Source of the DNA: Clostridia bacterium
GTDB taxonomy: Bacteria > Bacillota > Clostridia > Saccharofermentanales > UBA5734
Length of the DNA: 64,000 bases
Reading direction: 5' to 3'
Assembly (NCBI GenBank): GCA_040772685.1
Contig: JAXGXQ010000001.1
Location: 449,930-513,929, forward strand
The position numbers were made by a program, and so were the translations under genes. Shown piece by piece: positions 41,491 through 49,523 of the stretch. How positions within the stretch are numbered: the first letter of the stretch is position 1; every line of letters starts with the position of its first letter. The notes beneath the pieces were generated by a model. That model was not told the DNA's origin. It saw nothing but the letters and a program-made list of their open reading frames with translations, and made no database searches.

Positions 41491-41609
41491 CTGAATCCTC
41501 CCCGAATTTGTTTGTACTGTTCATTTTAGCACGAAACAAGCGACGGTTTGTATCGCTTCGCTGATTGCTATATCATTATCTGGATATAAAGACGCCTTTT
41601 GGAGGATAT

Positions 41610-43658
41610 ATGCCGCTTGACGGAATTTCTACACGCTGCCTTTCGGCTGAACTCGACGTTGCTTTAAAAGACGCGCGGGTTGATCGGATTTACCAGCCGG
41701 ACAAGTTCGACATTATTATAAATATGCGCCAGGATAGGGAAAACCTGAAGTTGCTGCTTTCGGCCAACCCTTCTTTGCCGCGCCTGCACCTGACTACAGA
41801 AACCAGGGAGAACCCGGCTTTGCCGCCAATGTTCTGTATGCTGCTGCGCAAGCATCTGCAGGGAGCGCGCGTACTTTCTGTGAGCACACCCGGCTCAGAG
41901 CGTATTATTGAGCTGCGCTTTCAGACTCAAAACGAACTGGGAGACAAGGTTGAGAAAACCCTGGTCGCTGAGCTGATGGGCCGCCACAGCAATATTATCT
42001 TTTTAAATGAGGACCGTCGCATTCACGACGCTATCGTGCACGTTGATGAATCGATCAGCCGTGTGCGCGAAGTAATGCCGGCCAGGGTTTATATCAGCCC
42101 GCCGGACCAGGGAAAGCGCAGTATCGAAGCCGCAGCTGCAATGCTTGCCCAGCTGCCTGTCTCAGCTGCAGAAGCCTCCGATCTATTGCCCTTTTTCCCG
42201 CCTGAACTGCATGAACGTGGGGTCGAGAAGGCTCTGCTCGAGCTGATGGCAGGTTTCTCACCGGCTCTTTGCCATGAAGTTGCTTTCCAGGCTGGCATTG
42301 ACGGCCGCAAACCGCTAAATCGTCTGACTGACGCCGAAATGCGCCTCTTGCTTTTGGCTCTGCAACAATTAATACGCACTGTGCTGACGGGCAACTTCCG
42401 GCCCAGTGTTTTCTTTCGCGATGCCGAGCAGAAAATCCCGGTGGATTTCCACGCCTTAGCTTTGAGCGACTTCGCTTTTCACCGAAAAATGCCAAACCTC
42501 TCAGCTGCCATGGACCTTTACTACACCGAGCGGCACTTACAGAATGCCCTGGCCCAGAGCCGACAGGCACTGGCCCGGCAGGTTAACCAGCAGTTGGAGC
42601 AGACACGCAAGCGTCTGCTGATTCATGAAACTGATCTGCGTGAGAGCCAGCAGATGGATGAATACCGCCGGGCCGGTGACTTGATTTTATCTTTGATGCA
42701 TGAAATCGAGGCCGGAGCCGACAGTTTGACTCGCAGCGCCGCTGAAAGCCCTGACGGCCTGCCGCTTGAGGTTAAGCTTGACCCCACACGCAGCGCGGCC
42801 CAAAACGCGCAACGTTATTATCGCCGTTACACCAAAGCCCGTGCCAGGGCCGAAATGAGCGAGCGTCTGCTGAATGCCGACCGTGCGGAAATGGAATGGT
42901 TGGAATCGCTGGAAAACGCTGTAGGCGCAGCGGAGAATCTTGGAGACCTTAAGGCTCTGCGCGACGAGATCAGCGAAGTTGGCCTGCGCCCAGCCAGTCC
43001 GTTTGGCCGCGAAGCTGAGACAAATTATTCAGATTTTGCTGCTGGCCAGGCAAACGGCAAAACAAGGGGTAAAAACGGACAAGAAACAACAGCAGGAGTC
43101 AAAGTTCAGGAGCCGGGTAAGCCCGGTAGCCGTAAGAAAAAAGCTGCTGCTCAAGCCAAACAGCGACAAATAGAGCTAAGCCGGGCTTCAGCCAAAGGCA
43201 AAGGTAAAAATAAAGCCAAGGGCAAAGGGGAGAAATCGCCTGCCGCTCTGCCGCCGCGTAAATATACCAGTTCAGACGGCTTCGCCATTTTGGTTGGCCG
43301 TAACAACCTGCAAAACGACCAGTTAACGCTCAAACAAGCGCGCAAGGATGACATCTGGCTGCATGTACAGAAAATGCCGGGCACTCACGTGATCATCAGC
43401 AGCGGCGGCCGCGAGGTGCCAGACAGCACTTTGCTGGAAGCTGCTGAAACAGCCGCTTACTTCTCGCGAGCGGCAGTTGGCGGCGGCTCGGCTGCGAAAG
43501 TCGCGGTAGATTACTGCCCGGTTGCACATGTGCGCAAACCTGCCGGCGCCCGCCCAGGCAAGGTTGTTTATGATCGTTATCAAACAATTATCGTTGAACC
43601 AAAGGATCCGGCAAGGTTGCTGCATACTCAGCCTGCTGGCGAAGAATCTTCTCTTTAA
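41610..43658 (+). CDS. rqcH: NFACT-family ribosome quality-control protein (RqcH / FbpA-like)
   Basis: MPLDGISTRCLSAELD...RIYQPDKFDIII N-terminus, a coiled-coil middle and a C-terminal NFACT-R block (DIWLHVQKMPGTHVII). A GGAGG RBS precedes the ATG at 41610. Confidence 0.85.
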   Translation: MPLDGISTRCLSAELDVALKDARVDRIYQPDKFDIIINMRQDRENLKLLLSANPSLPRLHLTTETRENPALPPMFCMLLRKHLQGARVLSVSTPGSERIIELRFQTQNELGDKVEKTLVAELMGRHSNIIFLNEDRRIHDAIVHVDESISRVREVMPARVYISPPDQGKRSIEAAAAMLAQLPVSAAEASDLLPFFPPELHERGVEKALLELMAGFSPALCHEVAFQAGIDGRKPLNRLTDAEMRLLLLALQQLIRTVLTGNFRPSVFFRDAEQKIPVDFHALALSDFAFHRKMPNLSAAMDLYYTERHLQNALAQSRQALARQVNQQLEQTRKRLLIHETDLRESQQMDEYRRAGDLILSLMHEIEAGADSLTRSAAESPDGLPLEVKLDPTRSAAQNAQRYYRRYTKARARAEMSERLLNADRAEMEWLESLENAVGAAENLGDLKALRDEISEVGLRPASPFGREAETNYSDFAAGQANGKTRGKNGQETTAGVKVQEPGKPGSRKKKAAAQAKQRQIELSRASAKGKGKNKAKGKGEKSPAALPPRKYTSSDGFAILVGRNNLQNDQLTLKQARKDDIWLHVQKMPGTHVIISSGGREVPDSTLLEAAETAAYFSRAAVGGGSAAKVAVDYCPVAHVRKPAGARPGKVVYDRYQTIIVEPKDPARLLHTQPAGEESSL

Positions 43659-44183
43659 AGTCTGATTCTTCCAACGAACGGATACAGCCGCAGTATTTTT
43701 GGCGGTATAGTCCGTCTGTGCGCGCCTGGTTCTGCCCTTCACGGAAGCCAGGGCGGAAATCCCGGTAAAGAACTTAACGCCGTATTTAGCTGCTGCCTTC
43801 TCCCCTGTTTCGCGGATCATTTCGTGATCTTGATATGGGCTGACCAATAATGTCGTTGTAAAAACAGGGATCTTATTTTCAGCAGCAACACTGGCAGCTT
43901 GCTCCAGACGCAGTTGATAACACTGCCGGCAGCGAATCGGCACCGGTTCATCGGTAGCCAGCCAGGGCACTTCATCATAGGCCGGGTCGACAATTACGGG
44001 AAAACCCAGTAGTTCGGCAAGCTGCAGCAAGTTGTCGCGCCTGCGGGTCCACTCGATAAGCGGATGAATATTTGGATTATAAAAATAACCTTGCAGCACT
44101 TCGCCCTCGGCCAGTAAAGTCCGGGCAGGATACTCGGCACATGGTCCGCAGCAGGCATGCAACAGGATAGTCGGTTTTGTCAT
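43588..44183 (-). pseudogene. queH: epoxyqueuosine reductase QueH (DUF208), apparent 1-nt frameshift
   Basis: The N-terminus LLHACCGPCAEYP and the RCRQCYQLRLE motif are intact. After KYGVKFF the conserved C-terminus YRDFRPGFREGQNQARTDGLYRQKYCGCIRSLEE continues in the +1 frame, behind a TTT run at 43767-43769. That frame stops at 43588. Confidence 0.75.
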
Positions 44184-44251
44184 AGTATTTCTTCCAGTGA
44201 CATCATTTCAGCCACAAAATTTTGCTCTTTTACAGGCATTATTTCGGTCAA

Positions 44252-45358
44252 TTAGTTTAGTTCTTCCAGCGACATTTGTTCGTTCTCAGGGCTGCCATTG
44301 CCGTTTGTGCCCGTGCCGTAGCCTTTCAGTTTCAAATCATATTTATCTGGTACCGGCAGTCCCAGGTGTTCAAAAGCCAGATGCGTCAGCACGCGGCCGC
44401 GCGGTGTTTTGGCCAGATAACCCAGCTGCATCAGGTAGGGCTCATAGATATCTTCGATAGTCACCGGATCTTCGCCGGTGCAGGCGGCCAGCGTCTCCAG
44501 GCCCACAGGACCGCCGCCGAACATCTCGGCCATGCTTTGCAGCATCCGCCGGTCTGTAGCATCCAGGCCTTTACTGTCGATGTCCAGCGCATTCAGTCCA
44601 TACTCGGCAATCGCACTGTCAATAGTGTGGCTGCCACGTACCTGGGCAAAGTCGCGCATCCGCTTCAGCAGCCGGATCGCAATACGCGGTGTGCCGCGCG
44701 AGCGATTGGCGATTTCAGCCAATCCATCCGGTGTAATTCCAATGTTCAGAATCGCGGCGTCGCGCAACAGGATCTGGCTGATTTCGTCGGGAGTATAAAT
44801 TTCCAGCCGGTGAATCATGCCGAAGCGGTCACGCAGCGGCGCTGTCAGCAAACCGGCGCGGGTTGTAGCTCCAATCAAGGTAAAATGCGGTAAATCCAAA
44901 CGAATCGAACGGGCGCTTGGGCCTTTGCCGATCATGATATCAAGCGCGTAATCCTCCAGCGCCGGGTAAAGAATTTCTTCAACTGAGCGGTTAAGACGGT
45001 GGATTTCATCGATAAATAAAACGTCGCGATCGGTTAGGTTCGTCAGTATCGCTGCCAGATCACCGGGCTTTTCGATCGCCGGACCGGTAGTGATTTTCAT
45101 GGTAACGCCAAGCTCATTGGCGATAATCCCGGCCAAAGTTGTCTTGCCCAGTCCGGGAGGGCCATAAAGCAGTACGTGATCCAGCGCTTCGCCGCGCATC
45201 TCGGCAGCTTTTATAAAAACCTGAAGGTTTTCCTTGACCTTGGTCTGGCCGAAGTATTCCCCCCAACGCGTGGGGCGCAAACTGGCCTCATCGTGGTCCT
45301 CAGGAATCCGTTCCCTGGTTGTCAGGCTTTCATTGAAATCATCGTCATCAAAAAGCAT
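44252..45358 (-). CDS. ruvB: Holliday junction branch-migration helicase RuvB
   Basis: Walker [10 protein letters not shown], Walker [10 protein letters not shown] and sensor regions. The ATG at 45358 follows an AGGAG RBS. Confidence 0.95.
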   Translation of the reverse strand: MLFDDDDFNESLTTRERIPEDHDEASLRPTRWGEYFGQTKVKENLQVFIKAAEMRGEALDHVLLYGPPGLGKTTLAGIIANELGVTMKITTGPAIEKPGDLAAILTNLTDRDVLFIDEIHRLNRSVEEILYPALEDYALDIMIGKGPSARSIRLDLPHFTLIGATTRAGLLTAPLRDRFGMIHRLEIYTPDEISQILLRDAAILNIGITPDGLAEIANRSRGTPRIAIRLLKRMRDFAQVRGSHTIDSAIAEYGLNALDIDSKGLDATDRRMLQSMAEMFGGGPVGLETLAACTGEDPVTIEDIYEPYLMQLGYLAKTPRGRVLTHLAFEHLGLPVPDKYDLKLKGYGTGTNGNGSPENEQMSLEELN

Positions 45359-45468
45359 CGCTTGTTGTCTCCTGTTGCAAAAAAGCTGCGCCAAAGCGCC
45401 CAGCAACCTCGCTGGGAAATTATGTCGCCACTTGTAGAATTATGTCGCTGCTTGCGTGTCGGCCAGGT

Positions 45469-46070
45469 TTACTTCATCATTTGGCGCAGGCCGAGTTTGA
45501 TCAGTTCTTCCAGCTCCTGATCGCCGTCATCCACAGCTTTAATTGCCTGAGAGGCCTCACCAGAACTGTAACCAAGCACCATCAGGGCGCTGATTGCTTC
45601 CTGTTGGCGGCTTTGTGGTCTGCCGGCGGCAATATCGCTACCGTCAAGCGTGGTTGGATCTATCCCCTCCGCGCCCTTGATCTTGTCCTTGAGTTCAAGG
45701 ATAAGACGCTCGGCGCCCTTTTTACCAACTCCGCGCACGCGGGTAATTGTCTTAATGTCACCCGTGATAACTGCCAGCGCAAATTCGCCGGGCGAGAGAG
45801 TGCCAACCATGGCGCTGGCCACCTTGGGGCCGATACCGCTGACCGTAATCAGCAGTTCAAACATGGAGCGGTCTTCCTGCGTCGGAAAACCATAGAGCAT
45901 CAGGATGTCCTCCCGGACATGCAGATAGGTAAAAACGGTTATATCCTTGCCGACAGCGCCAAAGCGCTCCAGCAATTCCGGCGCGGCCTGCACCTGATAA
46001 CCGATGTTATTGTTCTCAACTACAATGCTGTCATTTAAACGGGCTGCCAGCGTCCCTTTCAGATAGGCGT
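45469..46070 (-). CDS. ruvA: Holliday junction DNA-binding protein RuvA
   Basis: The TTG start at 46070 lies 9 nt after AGGAGG and gives MYAYLKGTL. HhH motifs are present (LITVSGIGPKVA, VRGVGKKGAERL). Confidence 0.9.
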
Positions 46071-46577
46071 ACAAGACTGATAGCCTCCTACTGCTTTCGC
46101 GTTTTTTCTGGGCCCGGTATGGGCGTGACAAATGGCAATGGCCAGAGCGTCGGCCGCGTCATCCGGTTTCGGTATCTGACGCAAATTTAGCAGAATCCGC
46201 ACCATCTGCTGCACCTGCTGCTTGTCGGCGCGGCCATAACCGGTTACCGCCAGCTTAACCTGCATCGGCGTGTATTCATATACGGGCAGGCCGGCTTTGG
46301 CACCGGCCAGCACCGCTACGCCGCGGGCCTGAGCTGTACCAATGGCGGTAGTAGTGTTGCGGCTGAAAAACAGCTCCTCAACGGCCACAACTTCAGGCTT
46401 ATAATGCTCGATAAGCTCCGCCAGCATGTCGGAAATCGTCAGCAAACGCTCCGGAAAGGCCGTCCGCGCCGAAGTGGAAACAACACCGTAATCGATCACC
46501 CGCAAGCGCCCGCGCTGATATTCCACCAGCCCGTAGCCCGTTATCGCGTAACCCGGATCAATGCCTAAAACAAGCAT
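46059..46577 (-). CDS. ruvC: crossover junction endodeoxyribonuclease RuvC
   Basis: MLVLGIDPGYAITGYG N-terminus with catalytic acidic residues; 172 aa. Confidence 0.93.
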   Translation of the reverse strand: MLVLGIDPGYAITGYGLVEYQRGRLRVIDYGVVSTSARTAFPERLLTISDMLAELIEHYKPEVVAVEELFFSRNTTTAIGTAQARGVAVLAGAKAGLPVYEYTPMQVKLAVTGYGRADKQQVQQMVRILLNLRQIPKPDDAADALAIAICHAHTGPRKNAKAVGGYQSCTPI

Positions 46578-46610
46578 GCAAACTCCCGCCAGCCGCTACC
46601 CGGCCGTGCC

Positions 46611-46622
46611 AAACAATCGTTC
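46611..46622 (-). promoter_or_regulatory. candidate LexA (Cheo-like) box upstream of ruvC
   Basis: The minus strand reads GAACGATTGTTT against the GAAC-N4-GTTC core (one mismatch). It lies about 35 nt upstream of the ruvC start. Confidence 0.25.
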
Positions 46623-46785
46623 TACTTATGATAGCATAAGCGGTAAAGGCAGGACAATCGCGAGTTGCCGCCGGCGTGGTCAGCTTAGGGCGCAGGGTCG
46701 CCAGCGCTGGCAGCTTAGAACCCTGATTATAGCATCGGCGTGCCGTGAACCTGTGCAGTGCGCCCAGTGCGCGCAGCGTACCCTG

Positions 46786-48246
46786 CTACTCAGCTTGTTT
46801 GCCGGCTGTTTTTGCCAACTGATTGAGAATGGAGGCGGCAGCAGCCAGAAAAATCAGATAATAAGGTGTTGTATAAGGCATAGTATTACCAAACAAGGCA
46901 GAAACAAAATAAGCAACTATTGTGCCCGCCAGAACGATGCCCTCAACACCCAGCTGCAGGCGGCTATACCAGAAGCGCTTGAACAAAACAGCCAGAGCGC
47001 CAAGATAGAACAATAGTGCCGGTATGCCCAGGCTGGCAGCCAGCTGGATAAGTTCATTGTGGGGCCGGTCTATATTCACATTAACAAGCAGATAGCGGGC
47101 GCCCAGATTATCAGGCCCATAGCCAAACCAGGGTTTTTCAGCGATAAAACGAACACCGTTGGTCCAGAGAACCCAACGTCCGGAACCGGCTCTGCCTGAT
47201 TCTTCGGCACGGCGCAGAATCAGGCTGAAATCACGGAAAAGACGCATTAAGTCAGCGCCCAGAACATTAGTATAAATATTCATCAACAATGAAACCAGCA
47301 GGAATAAGCCGCTGACCAGCAGCAGACGTTTCAGCTGATCAGGCTGCAGCCGGCGCAGGCCGATACCAACCGCTATCAGGCCGCAGACAACAGCCAGATA
47401 CGGCCCTAAAGACTGATCCTGCACTAAAGCGGCTGTCTGCAATAAAAAAGCCGCTAGATACAGGCCTCGATGCTGACGCTTTAATTCCGTTAAGTACAAA
47501 AGCAAAGCTGACATGATAGTCAGACAAAGGTAATAACCATAGTGATTGGAATTATAGAAAATACCTGTTCGAGCCCCGATACCGAGGCGCTGGTTTAGCG
47601 GCTCATAGTTAAGCAGCACTAATACAGCCATTAACGAGGAAACCGCTGTCAGCAGACGCAGCAGACGTTTAAAATCAGGCCAGTTTCTCAGCGCCAGGGC
47701 GCTTAAAAAAACTCCGCCATACATCAGGTAGGTGCGCAAGCCCTCGCGGCGATACTGATCGCCATACCAGGAAAGTAAACGGTTATCAGAAAAGAAAAAA
47801 GACAATACGCTCCAGCCAAGCAGCAGAGCAAGGCTCAGTTCAAAATAATGCGTTTTGAACCAGGCGCCTAGATGCAGCTGCTTGTGTTGAATCTGCCTGA
47901 AACCTTTAGCAAGCACAACTATACTCATCAACCAGCTTAATAAACCTGCCTGCTGCAGTATCTCTTCCCAGAAAAAGCTGCGTGAAAGATGGTTAAGCAT
48001 TAAGTTCAATTCAGTATTCGCCGGCAAAGCTATACTCCTGAGCATCACGATCAGGGGCCCAGCCAGCCAATAAAAGAGCGGCAGCTGCCGGGCTATATCA
48101 AGCGAGCGCGCTGGTATATAATCCAACAATTCCGGAACAGTTCGAATAGCCAGCAGTTCTGTTCTGACAGTACTCGCCCGCGCAAGAAAAAACACTGTTT
48201 TCGCACGTAGATTCAAACCGTTGCCCAGGCTGGCCTCGCCGCTCAT
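46786..48246 (-). CDS. O-antigen ligase / Wzy_C-family polytopic membrane protein
   Basis: 486 aa with at least 10 hydrophobic helices. It contains NSNHYGYYL and the C-terminal FGYGPDNLG......RPHNELIQLAASLGIPALLFY block typical of Wzy_C proteins. Its start overlaps the upstream stop (ATGA). Confidence 0.75.
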   Translation of the reverse strand: MSGEASLGNGLNLRAKTVFFLARASTVRTELLAIRTVPELLDYIPARSLDIARQLPLFYWLAGPLIVMLRSIALPANTELNLMLNHLSRSFFWEEILQQAGLLSWLMSIVVLAKGFRQIQHKQLHLGAWFKTHYFELSLALLLGWSVLSFFFSDNRLLSWYGDQYRREGLRTYLMYGGVFLSALALRNWPDFKRLLRLLTAVSSLMAVLVLLNYEPLNQRLGIGARTGIFYNSNHYGYYLCLTIMSALLLYLTELKRQHRGLYLAAFLLQTAALVQDQSLGPYLAVVCGLIAVGIGLRRLQPDQLKRLLLVSGLFLLVSLLMNIYTNVLGADLMRLFRDFSLILRRAEESGRAGSGRWVLWTNGVRFIAEKPWFGYGPDNLGARYLLVNVNIDRPHNELIQLAASLGIPALLFYLGALAVLFKRFWYSRLQLGVEGIVLAGTIVAYFVSALFGNTMPYTTPYYLIFLAAAASILNQLAKTAGKQAE

Positions 48247-49523
48247 ATAAATGTATCGCTGCTATCGGGGTTGAGCACGCTGTTGAGAAAATCGCGAGCA
48301 AACAGCAGATTAACTTCTTCCAGGCGCAACAGCACACGATTGCCGCGGTTTTTGGCCAGGACCAGCTCGCGCGCTGTAATTACCTTACCGTCAGGCGCGG
48401 CCAGCTCGGCCGGGTCCTGTTTGTTTTCCAGGGCAAGTTCAAGAGTCGGGCGATCGTAATACATAACCTGGTGGCTGAAATCCTGGTGATCCAGCAAGTA
48501 AAAGCCGGGGAACTCCAGCAATAAAACCGCCGGTGCCAACAGGCAGCAATTGACCAGTTGCATTAACAAGGGCTGGTACAAAGCGCGTTTGCGCTCCTGG
48601 CCAACCGTCTGGCGGCCAATCAGGTTAATCATGGCCCACTGCCGGAAATTCAACCTGACCTGCTCCGGCACAATTGCCCAGACTTGCAGGGCGTCAGCAC
48701 TGGCGGCGGCCGGGTCCGCTTTCGGCTTGGCCTGATCAGCCGCGGGCGGCATGCCAAACTGCTGCAGGATAACCTGATTCAGCGGGAGAAACTTCTGGTC
48801 GCCGCGAAACTCGTTGTAAATCGCTGTAATCAGCCGGGCCTTTTCAGCGGTTTCGGCCAGTTCCAGGCACTGGCTGAATAGTTCCGTTTCAGCGGCGGTA
48901 AGCTCGGGCGGGCACAACTGAAAAAATTCCAGCAGGAGGAGTGTCCCGAAGCGGCTGGCGGCATAAACGCTCAGCTCCGCCAGCTTGCTGCTTAAAGACC
49001 ATGGCCCGTTTACGCCGCTGAGCGGCTTTTGCTGTTCGTCAAGCAGAAACTGGGCTGTTTGGCGCGGCAGGCTTTCCTCGCAGCCAAAACGCCCGCACAG
49101 CGCCAGAAACGGCGGTGTTTCGCCTTTTGCTGTCAGGGCGGTATTCAGCCGGGCCATAGCTTCGGCTAATTCAACGTGGTAGAAGTGCTGCTGATAAAAC
49201 GCCCAGCCGGTTTGAGCCAGCGAAAGTGTCGCCCGGCGTTCAATAATCTGCTGAATGCGCTGCTGAGCCTGTTCAGTAGCAGTTAAGGCTGAAAGCGGCG
49301 CTTCAATTACCAGCAGCAGGCCAAACAGATCATTAAGCTGGCGCCTGGGCAAGCGGGCCACCAGTAAATCAAAGCCGTCACCGGTGGCGGTGGTTTCGAT
49401 CAGCTGCAGCAGCTCCTGCAGCCTGGTTTCATCAAGCCGGACAGAAAGCTCTTCCGGTAAGGGCTGCTGGCGAATAACCTGCTGGCGAACGTGATGAAGT
49501 TTTGAGTCGGACACATGCAGCAT
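48243..49523 (-). CDS. hypothetical soluble protein (426 aa), no motif recognised
   Basis: A long ORF with no TM segments. Its start abuts the stop of the 988-aa gene (TAAATG at 49521-49526). Confidence 0.6.
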   Translation of the reverse strand: MLHVSDSKLHHVRQQVIRQQPLPEELSVRLDETRLQELLQLIETTATGDGFDLLVARLPRRQLNDLFGLLLVIEAPLSALTATEQAQQRIQQIIERRATLSLAQTGWAFYQQHFYHVELAEAMARLNTALTAKGETPPFLALCGRFGCEESLPRQTAQFLLDEQQKPLSGVNGPWSLSSKLAELSVYAASRFGTLLLLEFFQLCPPELTAAETELFSQCLELAETAEKARLITAIYNEFRGDQKFLPLNQVILQQFGMPPAADQAKPKADPAAASADALQVWAIVPEQVRLNFRQWAMINLIGRQTVGQERKRALYQPLLMQLVNCCLLAPAVLLLEFPGFYLLDHQDFSHQVMYYDRPTLELALENKQDPAELAAPDGKVITARELVLAKNRGNRVLLRLEEVNLLFARDFLNSVLNPDSSDTFI

